A DNA stretch of 64,000 nucleotides from Dendrobates tinctorius. Its lineage: Eukaryota. The translations under genes and the position numbers were made by a program. The stretch lies in contig NW_027361841.1 in the NCBI RefSeq assembly GCF_039654945.1, forward strand, positions 8,804,001-8,868,000, given 5' to 3'. Below are positions 49,450-64,000 of the stretch, piece by piece; within the stretch, counting starts at the first letter, position 1, and each line of letters begins with the position of its first letter. The notes under the pieces are model-generated. The model was not told the origin of the DNA, did not search any database, and worked only from the letters and a program-made list of their open reading frames with translations.

Positions 49450-52400
49450 AAAATTAAATTTGCTAACATTATTATTTATTTTTAATGCACCATTAATTAT
49501 ATGGTGCTGTACCTTTGAAAAGTGTCATATACATATTACATAGATAAAATAAATTAAACAAACCAGCAAGACTGATACAGAGAGTGAGAGGACCCTACCC
49601 TCTCAGGCTTAGAAATCTACAATGAAATGGGGAAGTATACAGTAGGTAGTTTTCAGGTTCCAAATGTAGCTGACAATCGGATGTGTTAAGCCACTAAATT
49701 GCAGAGTATGGGGAAGATATTTGAGAATTGTGGAGGCAATTGAGTAAGGAACATATGAGAACAAAAGAAAAATAGGAGGTCTTGTGAGTACCGGAGATTG
49801 TGGGTGGGAATATATGGAGTATAGTTTCATGAAAAAAATTATGGACAGCATCGTAAATCATTATTAGCAGTTTAAACATGATTCACTAAGGAATTGGAGA
49901 CCAGTGGAGAGATTGCCAGAGGGGAGATGATGAGTACTAGCAATGTGAGAGGTGGAGTAATTGAGTAAAAGAGTTAAGGATAGATTGGAGAGGTGCAAAT
50001 ATATTAGTTTGAATGCCTCAGAGGAGGATATTGCAGTAGTCAAAGCAGCAGATGATGTGTTTATGCACTAACAGTTTTGCAAATTCTGGGTTGAGGAAAG
50101 AACAAATACTGAAAATAAATAATAATATAATAATAATAATCTTTATTTATATAGCGCCAACATATTCCGCAGCGCTTTACAGTTGAACAGTTTCAAACAC
50201 AACAGTCATAAGTAACAACGTTGACAATACAATAATTAAAGCGAAATAAGACGACCCTGCTCGTGGAGCTTACAATCTACAATGAGGTGGGGGAGATACA
50301 AAGCACAGGTTTGTATTTACAATGATGTATTTACAATGACGGTCCAGCCATCTTCAGGGGGTGGGGGTTAGATGGAGATAGTGAATGGGCTACACACACA
50401 CAAACATAACATGACTTTGATTACTGAATGTGATAGGCCGCTCTGAACAAATGTGTTTTGAGCGAGCGCCTAAAACTATACAAATTGTGGATGGTCCTAA
50501 TATCTTGGGGTAGAGCATTCCAGAGGATTGGCGCAGCACGGGAGAAGTCTTGGAGTCGGGAGTGGGAGGTATGGATTAGGGCAGAGGTTAGTCGAAAGTC
50601 ATTTGCAGAGCGCAGAGGTCGGTTAGGCCGATAGACAGAAATGAGGGAGGAGATGTAAGGGGGTGCCGCACTGTGGAGAGCTTTGTGGGTGAGAACAAGT
50701 ACTTTGAATTGTACCCTGTAATGAATTGGCAGCCAGTGTAACGACTGGCGAAGAGCGGACGCGTCTGAGTAACGATTAGCCAGATGGACAACCCTGGCTG
50801 CTGCATTAAGGATAGACTGGAGAGGGGAGAGTCGAGTGAGAGGGAGGCCAATTAATAGAGCATTACAGTAGTCCAGGCGGGAGTGGATCAGGGCGACAGT
50901 GAGAGTTTTTGTTGTTTCCATGGTGAGAAAAGGGCGGATTCTAGAGATGTTCTTTAGGTGTAAGCGGCATGAGCGGGCAAGAGATTGTATATGGGAGGTG
51001 AAGGAGAGATCGGAGTCGAACATAACACCCAGACAGCGCGCCTGCTGTCGTGGTGTTATTATGGTGCCACCCACAGAGAGGGAAATGTCAGATTTAGGGA
51101 GGTTAGTAGATGGTGGGAGCAGAAGAAGTTCAGTTTTGGAGAGGTTGAGTTTCAGATAGAGAGCAGACATGATGTTGGAGACTGCAGACAGACAGTCAGT
51201 GGCGTTCTGTAGTACAGCGGAGGTAAGGTCAGGGGATGATGTGTACAGTTGTGTGTCATCAGCATAAAGATGGTACTGAAAGCCAAATCTGCTGATGGTC
51301 TGTCCAATTGGGGCCGTATAGAGAGAGAAGAGAAGGGGGCCAAGGACTGAGCCCTGAGGTACCCCAACAGTGAGAGGAAGAGGAAATGAAGTGGAGCCAG
51401 AAAACAGAACACTGAAGGAGCGGTTGGAAAGATAGGAGGAGAAGCAGGAAAGAGCAGTGTCCTTAATGCCTAGTGACTGGAGCCTAGAGAGTAGGAGAGG
51501 ATGGTCAACAGTGTCGAAAACTGCAGAAAGGTCGAGAAGAATGAGCAGAGAATGGTCACCATTATGTTTTGCTGTCAGAAGGTCATTGGTCACTTTGATG
51601 AGTGCAGTTTCTGTCGAATGTAACATAAAATATGTTTCAGTTGCAGATGACAGGAGGTGGTAAGAGATTGAATGCTTGGTTTCAAGGACAGAGCAGAGAC
51701 AAGGGCTACAAAGAGGCAGCAGACTTGTGACACAGGGGAAAGTGTGATGTAATTTATTGGGATACATGGAGGAAAGGTGATGATTTTGGCTTTATCCACT
51801 TTGGGTTTTAGAATGCGTGATGAGGAGGATAGATACTGTTGGATTCTATAATGATAGGTTAAAGGGATGGATTAGATCTGAGTTAAGCATGATGGTAAAG
51901 TTGGGGAGGAGGTGGAATGGGATAGGAGGAAGTGCATAAGTGCACAGCTTTTCTTTAGTGATGCTGGGAAAGAAGGTTATGGTTAAAGGTAATTATCTGT
52001 TATGTTGAGGTGTTGTAGAGGTTGAGCTTTAAAGCTTGGCATGATGTGATAAATCTTGTGTTTTGAGTTTTAGTGAGGTCAGAGGTGGGAAACTATTGAT
52101 AAAGTAGGGAGTTAAAAGTGTTGAATCGCTATTTGGAGTTATGGGAAAGAAAACATAGCAGCTTTATAAAGTATTGTTGTGATACAGGGGAAAATGTGAT
52201 GTAACACACTTTATAACAGCGTTATAAAGTATTCTTCTTTAGCATTTAGCAGAAGTGGAGTCTGACTTAAAGTGAAAAATGCTTGTTTGTACATGATATA
52301 GTCTTCCTATGAGTGTGTTGTCTAACAGTGCCGCTCTGCAACCCTGGACTTTTTCCACAGGTTTTTAGGGAGCTTGATATGCCAGAATTGTCTATCAATT

Positions 52401-53296
52401 AATTTCCTTCTGCCATGCACGAGAGGGGCAACTCAATCAATAACTAATGTAAGTGTGGCATTGTAGAAAATAGTAGTTGATTCTGTATTATAGAGCAAAG
52501 ATAAGATGGAATTGTGGACAGTTGTAGAAGAGTCAGAGAGTATGTGTATGTCTAGGTTTGAGATGTTTCTGCCAGGATGTGCTAATTTCTTGACTTGAAA
52601 TGCAGTTGAACAGGACAGGGTTAAGATGGTAGACAAAGTAGGTGTTGGTCAGAGAGAGAGAGTGGTGAGTTTATAACGTTACATAGGTAACAGAACTGAG
52701 GAAAGATGTGGTCTAGAGTATATCTGTTTTGATGGTTGGATGTGCATTATCATTGTTTAAGACCGAAGTATGAAGCAAGTAAAAAAAAGTTTGGAGGCTG
52801 CGGTCTAGTGGTTGACAATGAGGATGTTGAAATTGCTCATGAAGATGGTTAGCAGAGAGGAAATGTAGAAGCAAGGTGAAAATGTGATCAGTAAAGGATG
52901 TGGCATGACCCAGGGGGTAAGTATATGGCTGCCTCTTGATGGTTGGATGTGAAATTGATATGTAGGGAGTGTATTTTAAAGGAAGGGAGGGTAAACAAGG
53001 GAAGAAGTGGAATTGGGTTGAACGTGTAGCTACTAGAAAGAAGAAAGCCAACTCCACTACCAGGTTTATTGCAAGGGCAAGGTATGTGGGTGAACTGAAG
53101 ATCACCATAACACACTGCAGCAGGGGAGACTGTGTCAGAGCATGTCAGTCAAGTTTCAATTAAGCCCAGGAAGGATATATTACGAGAAGTAAAGAGGTTG
53201 TGAATGATATGAAGTTTATTACAGATGGAGCAGGCACTGTATAATGTTCTAAAGAGATGGAGTACTGAACCAAGGGTCACATGAATGGCTTCTAAC
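49450..53296 (-). mobile_element. Old, highly degenerate L2 LINE (49450-50115 and 51621-53296) hosting a younger L2
   Basis: Decayed L2-like 3' end near 49470; endonuclease-like remnants GSGVGFLL and AIYLPPG at ~52900-53070; same strand bias as the young L2. Confidence 0.55.
50116..51620 (-). mobile_element. 5'-truncated young L2 LINE with an open RT ORF (50421-~51620)
   Basis: [46 protein letters not shown]; (TTA)n tail. Confidence 0.95.
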
Positions 53297-56200
53297 TAGA
53301 GTTGAGCGATACCGTCCGATACTTCAATGTATCGTATCGGATGGTATCGGCCGATCTTTAAAAAAAGTATCGGTATCGCCGATTCCGATACCGGAAGTCC
53401 CATTCAAGTCTATGGGACTTCCGGTATCGGAATAAGAAAAACCCTTTCCTGCCCTTGTACAGCCTCTCTGGGGTCTGTACGGGCCTTTCGGGGGGCTGTG
53501 CCGGCCTGCCAGGGGGTCTGTGCAGGCTCCGGTGGTCTGTGCCGGCCTGCCGGGGGGCTGTGCCGGCCTGCCGGTGGTCTGTGCAGGCTCCGGTGGGCTG
53601 TGCCGGCCTGCCGGGGGCTGTGCCGGCCTGCCGGGGGGCTGTGCAGGCTCCGGGGGGCTGTGCCGGCCTGCCGGGGGGCTGTGCCGGCCTGCCGGGGGGC
53701 TGTGCAGGCTCCGGGGGGCTGTGCCGGCCTGCCGGGGGGCTGTGCCGGCCTGCCGGTGGTCTGTGCAGGCTCCGGGGGGCTGTGCCGGCCTGCCGGGGGG
53801 CTGTGCCGGCCTGCCGGTGGTCTGTGCAGGCTTCGGGGGTCTGTGCAGGCATCGTCCGATGGGACTACAAGTCCCATCGGGCGATGCCTGCTACCATGAC
53901 AGTGATTGACACATTAGCCAATGATGGGACAGTAATAGTCCTATCATCCGGCTAATGTGTTGAATGTAAAAAAAAAAAATACTACATACATACATACTAC
54001 ATGCTACATACATACTACATGCTACATACATACTACATGCATACTACATACATGCTACATTCATACTACATACATGCTACATAAATGCTACATTCATACT
54101 ACATAAATACTACATGCAACATACATGCTACATATATACTACATACATACTACATATATACTACATGCATGCTACATACATACTGCATGCTACATACATA
54201 CTACATGCTACATACATACTACATGCTACATACATACCACATATATACTACATACATACTACATACATACTACATGCATGCTACATGCATGCTACATGCT
54301 ACATACATAACACATATATACTACATGCATGCTACATACATAGTACATGCTACATGCATGCTACATACATACTACATGCTACATACTACATATATACTAC
54401 ATGCATGCTACATACATACTACATGCTACATACTACATATATACTACATGCATGCTACATACATACTACATGCTACATACATACTACATATATACTAAAT
54501 GCATGCTACATACATACTACATGCTACATACATACTACATATATACTACATGCATGCTACATACATACTACATGCTACATACATACTACGTATATACTAC
54601 ATGCATGCTACATACATACCACATACATACTACATACATGCTACATGCTACATATATATTACATATATACTACATGCATGCTACATACATACTACATGCT
54701 ACATACATACTACATATATACTACATACATACTACATACATACTACATGCTACATACATACTACATATATACTACATGCATGCTACATACATACTACATG
54801 CTACATACATACCACATACATACATGCTACATGCTACATATATACTACATATATACTACATGCATGCTACATACATACTACATGCTACATACATACTACA
54901 TATATACTACATACATACTACATACATACTACATGCATGCTACATACATACTACATACATACTACATGCTACATACATACCACATACATACTACATACAT
55001 ACTACATGCTACATACATTCATACATATATACTACATGCATGCTACATACATACTACATATATACTACATGCATGCTACATACATACTGCATGCTACATG
55101 CATGCTACATACATACTACATACATACTACATGCTACATACATACCACATATATACTACATACATACAATACATTCATACAATACATACATAGACATACA
55201 GTACATATAACATAGAGTAACATACTTACCAATACTTGTCACATTGTTCCCCGAAGCCATTGTCTTTTCCGGAATAAATATTAACATAACAAACCACAAA
55301 AATACTCACCCACGATCCGAAGCAGTCCACGAGTGTGTCCCACGACGATCTTGGGTAGAGAACTGCAGCATCAGATGATGCTGCCGTTCTCTACGGGCTG
55401 CAGGAATCCAATGACGGAAGGTAGGTATCCTTCCGCACTGTATTCCTCCGCCACTTAAAAAAAAAAAGTCCCTAGTCTCACTTTATGCCATTGCTGTGTG
55501 GGAATTTCCCACACAGCAATGGCATAAAGTGAGACTAGGGACTTTTTTTTTTTTAAGTGGCGGAGGAATACAGTGCGGAAGGATACCTACCTTCCGTCAT
55601 TGGATTCCTGCAGCCCGTAGAGAATGGCAGCATCAGCTGATGCTGCAGTTCTCTACCCAAGATCGTCGTGGGACACACTCGTCGACTGCTTCGGATCGTG
55701 GGTGAGTATTTTTGTGGTTTGTTATGTTAATATTTATTCCGGAAAAGACAATGGCTTCGGGGAACAATGTGACAAGTATTGGTAAGTATGTTACTCTATG
55801 TTATATGTACTGTATGTCTATGTATGTATTGTATGAATGTATTGTATGTATGTAGTATATATGTGGTATGTATGTAGCATGTAGTATGTATGTAGTATGT
55901 ATGTAGCATGCATGTAGCATGCAGTATGTATGTAGCATGCATGTAGTATATATGTAGTATGTATGTAGCATGTATGTAGTATGTATGTGGTATGTATGTA
56001 GCATGTAGTATGTATGTAGCATGCATGTAGTATATATGTAGTATGTATGTAGCATGTAGTATGTATGTAGTATGTATGTAGTATGTATGTGGTATGTATG
56101 TAGCATGTAGTATGTATGTAGCATGCATGTAGTATGTATGTAGTATGCATGTAGTATGCATGTAGTATGTATGTAGCATGTATGTGGTATGTATGTGGTA

Positions 56201-57552
56201 TGTATGTAGCATGTAGTATGTATGTAGCATGCATGTAGTATATATGTAGTATGTATGTAGCATGTAGTATGTATGTAGTATGTATGTAGTATGTATGTGG
56301 TATGTATGTAGCATGTAGTATGTATGTAGCATGCATGTAGTATGTATGTAGTATATATGTAGTATGTATGTAGCATGTATGTGGTATGTATGTAGCATGT
56401 AGTATGTATGTAGCATGTAGTATGTATGTAGCATGCATGTAGTATATATGTAGTATGTAGTATGTATGTAGTATGTATGTGGTATGTATGTAGCATGTAG
56501 TATGTATGTAGCATGCATGTAGTATGTATTTAGCATGCATGTAGTATGCATGTAGTATGCATGTAGTATGTATGTAGTATGTATGTAGTATGTATGTAGT
56601 ATGTATGTGGCATGTATGTGGTATGTATGTAGCATGTAGTATGTATGTAGCATGCATGTAGTATATATGTAGTATGTAGTATGTATGTAGTATGTATGTG
56701 GTATGTATGTAGCATGTAGTATGTATGTAGCATGCATGTAGTATGTATGTAGCATGCATGTAGTATGTATGTAGCATGCATGTATGTATGTAGCATGCAT
56801 GTAGCATGCATGTAGTATGTATGTAGTATGTATGTAGTATGTATGTAGCATGCAGCATGTATGTAGCATGTATGTAGCATGTATGTAGTATGTATGTAGT
56901 ATATATGTAGTATGTATGTAGCATGTAGTATGTATGTAGCATGTAGTATGTATGTATGTAGTATTTTTTTTTTTTAACATTTAACACATTAGCCGGATGA
57001 TGGGACTACTACTGTCCCATCATTGGCTAATGTGTCAATCACTGTCATGGTAGCAGGCATCGCCAGATGGGACTTGTAGTCCCATCGGACGATGCTTGCA
57101 CAGACCCCCGGACATCAGCACAGCCCCCCGGCAGGCCGGCACAGCCCCCCGGCAGGCCGGTACAGACCCCCACAGGGTGCACAGACCACCGGCAGGCCGG
57201 CACAGCCCCCCGGCAGGCCGGTACAGACCCCCACAGGGTGCACAGACCACCGGCAGGCCGGCACAGCCCCCCGGCAGGCCGGTACAGACCCCGGGCAGTC
57301 CACACAGCCCCCCGGCAGGCCGGCACAGCCCCCCGGCAGGCCGGCAGAGACCCCCGGAAGGCCCGAAATGACGGCGCATCATGATGCGCACACACCGCGC
57401 ATCATGATGACGTCAGGCTGTCAATCAACTGAACTTCCGATTCCGATGCCGAATTCCGATATTGAAAAAATATCGGAAGTCGGTATCGGAATTCCGATAC
57501 AGCAAGTATCGGCCGATACCCGATACTTGCGGTATCGGAATGCTCAACACTA
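53297..57552 (+). mobile_element. Non-autonomous foldback hAT element, copy 3
   Basis: Same ends as copy 1; TSD CTTCTAAC (53289-53296, 57553-57560); centre at 55505. Confidence 0.95.
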
Positions 57553-58499
57553 CTTCTAACTCCTTCACAACATATTATGTACATTTATGTTGCATGTTGT
57601 GTCCCTGACTTTGGTGCAGACTCGCACACTGAGTGTGCATTTTTCCCAGCTGATTAAAGTTCATTAAATTAGTCATTATGTGCCTCTAACAGCTGTGGGT
57701 GGAGTGGAGCTCTGCCCATGGCTGTTAACTTGTTAAATGCTTCCAAAAAAATGATCTAGGTTTATTTACAATTTGAAATTTTATGACATTTTTCTTACTG
57801 TTTAACAAAATCACAAGATAAATTACATAATAGGGGGCCTATGAATAGGGGCATTACCATCTGCAACTAATTGGCTTGGACTTTTGAAAAGCATATTTGT
57901 TAAACAGTGGATAATTATTACTTGAGTTTTCCTTATCTAATGCACATTAAATCCACAAAATCAAGAAATACTTAGGCATTTTATTTATGTGTCTTTCAGC
58001 GGAAACATACCATCCAATTAAAGTGACTTATGATGGGTGGCAGAAATAGTTTAAAGAAGCAAACACCTCAACTTCTCTCTCCTCCATTCTAGAAAAGATC
58101 ATTAGTCCCTTCACATTGAGATCCTTGCATGTGGGCTCTAATGAGATGATTAAAGAACTACTGAAGCAGTGCAACTCAAGCAATTCACAATTAGGCTTCA
58201 TAGTTTAAGATGTTAATAATAAGTTTGTTTAACGTGTACTGTGCTTTTAAATGTCTGATTCCCACTAGGCTTAATTTAGTTCTATCAGCAGTGCGTGTTA
58301 AAATAAAGGTTGAAGGGCTATGAGAAAGCATACTGCCTGTGCTCAATCTCTAATTACACCACTGTCTGAATATACATTTATTTTAAAATAGATTGTTTTC
58401 TGCTGTTTTGCTTATACTAGCAATGCTTTAACTTATTCTAATAAGGAAACAAGTAATATAGCTAGCAATTATATCCTTTCAACTTTAAATTTTATATGC

Positions 58500-59621
58500 A
58501 CGCATATTCATTATTTTAATGAGCGGTACCACATGACCGCTGAACACTGGAAGGAGCTGCCGGCGCCGGAGACCGTTGGAGAAGCAAGAAGTGCAGAGAC
58601 CGCGCCAGGAGGGGGTGAGTATGATTGGGAGGACGGGGGAGCCATGCGATATTCACCTGTCCCCATTCCACTGCCACGTGCCGCTGTGTCTTCCGTGTCC
58701 TCTGGCTGTGATGTTCAGGTCAGAGGGCGCAATGACATGGTTAGTACATGCCCGCTGCCTGAACAGTCACTGCCGAGACCTGGAAGACAGAGCGGTGAAT
58801 GGCGGTGGAATGGGGGCAGGTGAATATCGCAGGTGCTGATGCCCTGAGCCAGAGGCGACACTGGCACCTGGCCACCATAGCAAGCTGGTGTCCCCGCCTG
58901 CTCAGGACACCAGCACCTGGCCCTCAGTTACGAGAGGTGAGAATGTCTTTTTTTTTTTAATCACAGCAGCATATGGGGCATATATCTCTATGGAGCACCT
59001 TATGGGGCCATCAACCTTTATGGAGCAGCATATGGGGTATATATATTTATGGAGCATATTATGGGGCCATCAACCTTTATGTAGCAGCATATGGGGAATA
59101 TTATTCTATGGAGAATCTTATGGGACCATCAACCTTTATGGAGCAGCATATGGGGCATATTATTCTATGGAACATCTTATGGGGCCATCATTAACCTTTT
59201 ATGCAGCATTATATGGGGCATATTTTAATATGGAGCATCTTATGGGGCCATTATTAGCCTTTGTGCAGCATTATATGGGGCATATTTTTTGTATGGAGCA
59301 TCTTATGGGGCCAATCATGAACTTTATGGAGCATTATATGGGCACATTTTATATGGAGCATCTTATGGGGCCCATCATGAACTGTATGGAGCATTATATG
59401 GGGGTCCTGATTTAATATGGATATTCAAAAACATTTAATGTACTGATGTCTCAATTAGTTTTACTTTCATTGGTATCTATTTTTATTTTTGAAATTTACC
59501 AGTAGCTGCTGCATTTCCCACCCTCAGCTTAGACTCGAGTCAATAAGTTTTCCCAGTTTTTTGTGGCAAAATTAGGGGGGCCTCGGATTATACTTGGGTC
59601 GGCTTATACTCGAGTATATAC
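58500..59621. mobile_element. Non-autonomous pogo/Tc2-type DNA element (right part) with an internal ATGGAGCATCTTATGGGGCC minisatellite (~58965-59420)
   Basis: Terminal CGGCTTATACTCGAGTATATA and internal GCTTAGACTCGAGT repeats; left end not found. Confidence 0.55.
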
Positions 59622-60809
59622 AATAATTTGCTTTCATTAGTACAGAATTAATCAAGAATGGTGAATGGTGTTCAAAATAACATTCTTGTTGAACTGAGAT
59701 CATAGATTACAGCCTCAGAAAGGATTTGTTTTTCAGATTGATTAACAGAAATACTATAGTTTGCAGCAAAAAAAATGCAAAGCACAAACAAATTACACAG
59801 AGGAAAAACAATTCAATATACCTAAATGGTGCAAAAATTACACATAAAAATACACATAAAGACCATAAATAGTCTATTATGGAGCAGGTACACAACAAGA
59901 CAAAAAGCCTTAAAAAAAGTCTTTGTTGAAAAGTTACAATAAATACAATATAGGCCCTCTCAAAACATAAGATATTACAGACCCAAGTCAGGTGTTCTTA
60001 TAGTCTGTTCAGTGAGTTCATAAGGTAGATGTCTCCATTTAGGTAATTAAGCAGCTGCTTCCATTCCTCCACAGTGCACAACATCCAGGGGAATAATCCT
60101 CCGAAACTACTTCTATAGAATAATTAGACATCCAACTATAATGTAAGAATGTAAGGATTGGTTTGTGAGGTTCCATGTATTTTATTCACAGAAATATATA
60201 AATTGACCTTAAGGTCATATAGATACCCATAAAACAAAATACCGTTTGTTTACCCAGCTAGGTCAAGTGTTTTGCCTTTACATTTTTATACAGGGTATTG
60301 ATTATCAGGACAAGATGCTAAGTCGCTGCTATGTGACATATCTGATTTCACTTGCTGGAAGAGGAAGAATCAAAAATTTTAACCCTCTTCTCCATTTCAT
60401 ATGATTATTTTTGCAATTTGTCATTTTTGTTTGCACATTGTACTGTGCTGTTAGGTACACACTCCTTCATTTGTGTATTTTTTCGTTTTTTCTGTTTAAA
60501 ATTTAATGAGAACCTGTGATTGAAATTTTCCACTATTGAACAATATTAAACTGTGACATATCTTAAAAAATTTCAGTTACATGCCAAAGTGTTTGTAGCG
60601 TCCTCCTGAAACCTCAATAAGTAGTCCCTGAACATTTCCCATACTGCATGTAGATGATCATAGTTGAGTCATAGTTGGTTTCCATGCTTATACTCTCAGA
60701 CACACTCCTCTTTTTTGATTAACAGTCTACTACCTCCATCCTCACAAAATTCCTTACCTGGCATTTTAATATTAAAATTGATGCATGTGCAGGTACAGTA
60801 GGTGGCTAA

Positions 60810-61200
60810 TAGAGATGAGCGAGCACTAAAATGCTCGTATGCTCATTGTCCAAACAGAGCAATTTCTAATGCTTGGGTGCTTGTTTCGTGTAACGAGTAT
60901 AATGGAAGTCAATGAGAAATCAGAGCATTTTTCCATCACAACCTACAAGGAGGAAGGGGTGCAATGAAAATGTTGCACTGGATAGATAAAGTGCTGAATG
61001 GAAGGCGAATAGCATGGAGAAGACTAATGGAAACATCTGTAACACCTAGATCGCTGCTAAGAACAATGGTGTCACACTTTTACTCCCCTTCAAGGGCTCA
61101 CAATAAAGCATTCAAAATAGATGAGAAATTGGAGTTTACAGAAAAAAGTTAAGAAACATTTCTTCCTGTATAATGATCTGTATATAAGGAAAAATTTAAA
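60810..61200 (+). mobile_element. hAT-type MITE left fragment
   Basis: Starts TAGAGATGAGCGAGC; TAATGGAAGTCAATG subterminal motif. Confidence 0.6.
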
Positions 61201-61899
61201 AAGCATAATTAGTAGCACACCAAAGTTAAGTAAACCAAAATTGAGTTTTTCATTAAAAATTTTGAAATTTCAGTGTACTGTATGGCGGAAGAAAAAAATG
61301 TCAATAATTTAGAATTAAGAACTCAGAGTGACTCACGTACATACTGAATTAGATATAAAGGAGAGCCTCAAACATATTCTGTTCAAATTGTCATGTAGTA
61401 GTACTACTAGACTCATAAAGGCTATGCTTTTAGTGCAAATCCTGAAAAAATTACAAGCAGGGTCATCCATATACCTTTGAAGGCACCAACTGTAGTGCCT
61501 TATTAAAATATTGTGAACAAAGTGTAGTTGTGTTACTCCTACACTCAAAACCTTTGCACAAAGTGCAAAGCCCCTAAAAAATTACAAGTAGTGGCATTCA
61601 GTCATCCCTAGGCCCAAGAAGGCAACAACTGGTGGGCTTCATTGAAATATTGAACATTAAAACCACTTTATGTGCTGCTTTCATATGGTGATGTGGAATA
61701 GTCGGGTCTAATCCAGGCTTTATTATTATCAGAGTGAGACTGTCAGCACCTTCTGATGACAGGCAAAAGCACCTGTCTGTTATGGAAGTAGAAAATCTGG
61801 AGAGCAAAAAAAGCACAAATAGAGTCTTAACTGTTTATAAACATGGGGTGCACCAAGGAGAGGTAAGCTCACCATGAACTCCCAGGTGACACTAAAAAC

Positions 61900-64000
61900 T
61901 AGAGATGATCGAGCTTGTTCGGAAAATGTTTGCCAATCTCAAATTCAGCACGAACGTTGCACATTCAGATTCGTGTTCGGATTCCCAAACATTTTTCCTC
62001 AAAATCGGCAAAATTCAGCCAAAGCTAGGTAAATACTTTTGCTAATACTTTTGTTAGGACTTTGTTTAGGATAATGGTGATGCATGATGAGCGGGAGGAA
62101 CACCTGTCTCATGAGGGGAGGGGGTTGGGAGAGGTCAAAGTAGCTGTGGACTGTATTTTTTATTTTTTATTAACTTAATGTTTAGACATTCCGTCAGCCA
62201 ATCAGGGTGCAGAAACCGTCCACAAAGCCAAGACATAAAGGCTTCTGTCATTGGCTGCCAAAGTCACATATCCCTTTCCATATAAAAAGCAGACGTGTTG
62301 TTTTTTGTGCCATTTTGTCAGTGAAACAGCGCAGAGACAATACTCCTGCTGCAAGTAGTCAGATAGCTCAGATAGATAGGATTCTTGCGAAATCAACCTT
62401 CCAGCATCTAAATCGTTTGTGCTAATCATGTGGGCGAGACACCAGGCCACATTTCAGAATCTAAATCCTTCTAATTTCATGCAATAAAATGCAATATAAT
62501 TGTTTAAAAATCATTAGATATAATGTTAGGGTCAGCGGATCGCACTAAATAAAATAAATAGCAAAGTGTGATCACAACTCTGGGGTCCACTGTGCAGAGA
62601 TGTAAAACTGCTGCTAATGTGAACAATGACGAACTAAAGACAGCAAGCGAACTCCTTAGTAGGACTGTGTTAACTCCACGCAGTATGAACAGAATGCACA
62701 ATACTCAGCTCTGTTAGCTTCACAGAGAGGTAGAACTAAAGGGTTGCATTCGCTCTGTACCAGACCCATGCCAATCGCACACAAGGCCAAAACAGATGCA
62801 GTCACAAGAAAAATATAAAAACTGACGCTAACTACAGACCCTGTAGACCTCATAGGTTGGATCTTGCCCTGTACATCCACTGTGCTAACTGCACACGTGT
62901 GGGAAACAGATGCTAAGCCAAGCGGGTACAAAAAGCCCTAACTGGCTAAAACTCAGGAGGTATCTAAACACACTCACATGCATACAGAGTGGTAGCATAT
63001 CCACTCACACACACCAACCATAAATGATACTAGAGTACCGGTGTGCGCCTCTGAGAGCCTTATATACATCAGGCTCATGTCCAGGCGAACAGGAGCTTGC
63101 CCGTGGACCAATCCAGAGCTACCATATCACCAGAGCAGTTGACATCCGACCTCCAAAGGGAAGACGCCACATCAAGTACATGCTCAGTAAGGTGATCTCT
63201 GGACTTAGTCTGCAGAGCGCAAGGCTGTACCTGTATGTCACTGGTTACTAAAGGCTTAGCTGGAGAGTTAGCAGTAACCAAACACATGGCATGAACCTGA
63301 GAAAGACACTGGGACTGAAACCTGCACTGAGCAGCAGTCTCAGTGGCCAAATCTGAATGGGAGACTGCAGGGCCAGACAAGGCTTGGCATCCATCCCGTG
63401 CAACGGGAAAATCCCACAGATTAACATGTCATTTTCTGCTTTTTGTTTTTGATTCTGTCTCTCACAATTGAGGTTTACCTATGATAAAAATTACAGACCT
63501 CTCCACTCTTTGTAGGTGTAAAAACTTGCAAAATCGGCAGGCGCTTGTATTTTTTTATGGAAATTACATAAAATAATGTAAAATAAATATAAATACAGTA
63601 CATAACCATCTTGAATTAGATGATGAAGGAGGAGGTTGAGTTGGAGGTGGAGATAGACTTGGCACTGTAGATGGAAGAGATGGAGTTGGAGGTAGTCAAC
63701 ACTTTGTGATTTTTGTTTTTATTGTATTTTTTTAGGGAAATGACTTAAAATTACATAGAATTTAAAAAATAAACAACAATCTGGAACAAGGAGGTGCAGG
63801 TCCAAATGGAAGAAGAGATTGAGAAGGAAGTGGAGGTGGATGTGGCGGTGTAAGTGGAAGAGGCAGAGGAGGAGGTAGCCAACATGGTTTTTGTTTTTTA
63901 TTTTTTCTGTTGCTTCTTGATTTTGTTTCTTTTCTTTTTTTATTATTTAGGGAAGCCCAAAAACATTGAGAATTGGAAATAGAATAAACAATCTGCTAGG
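61900..64000 (+). mobile_element. Left end and interior of another degenerate hAT-type element, with probable nested LTR-like (~62524-63400) and Tc1-TIR-like (~63410-63545) pieces
   Basis: TAGAGATGATCGAGC at 61900; CCAAT (62198), ATTGG (62250) and TATAAAA (62281) arranged like the promoter at 34725-34875. Confidence 0.45.

Overview
Repeat-dense vertebrate DNA; the TE families suggest an anuran (frog), which is an inference. No host gene is supportable. The window is dominated by nested insertions. A large Ac-type hAT transposon (minus strand, left end at 35033, dead transposase at 6868-3525) carries a 123-bp tandem array in its 5' intron. A ~25-kb Penelope-like retroelement (PLE, Neptune-type RT + GIY-YIG) complex has inserted into that array (7765-32840). 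It consists of two head-to-head tandem arrays of a ~4.92-kb unit that form a giant palindrome with a 15-nt spacer and an apparent 14-bp TSD. Each PLE unit has an unusual architecture. (i) An N-terminal ORF1 overlaps an ATG-less RT/EN frame at a T TTT TTG slippery heptamer (candidate -1 ribosomal frameshift). (ii) There is a minimal U3-A8 variant hammerhead ribozyme. (iii) A ~1.9-kb pseudo-LTR contains a promoter and a chain of short GT-AG introns whose exons splice into a continuous reading frame, i.e. a candidate intron-containing accessory gene. The PLE array was later hit by a CR1 LINE and a 3.4-kb foldback hAT element; two more copies of the foldback element lie at 38098-41060 and 53297-57552. 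Also present: a degenerate 18S rRNA fragment downstream of the hAT transposase, a Tc1 relic, three head-to-tail non-autonomous Helitrons, L2 and CR1 LINE fragments, LTR-like segments and further hAT/pogo-type MITE ends.
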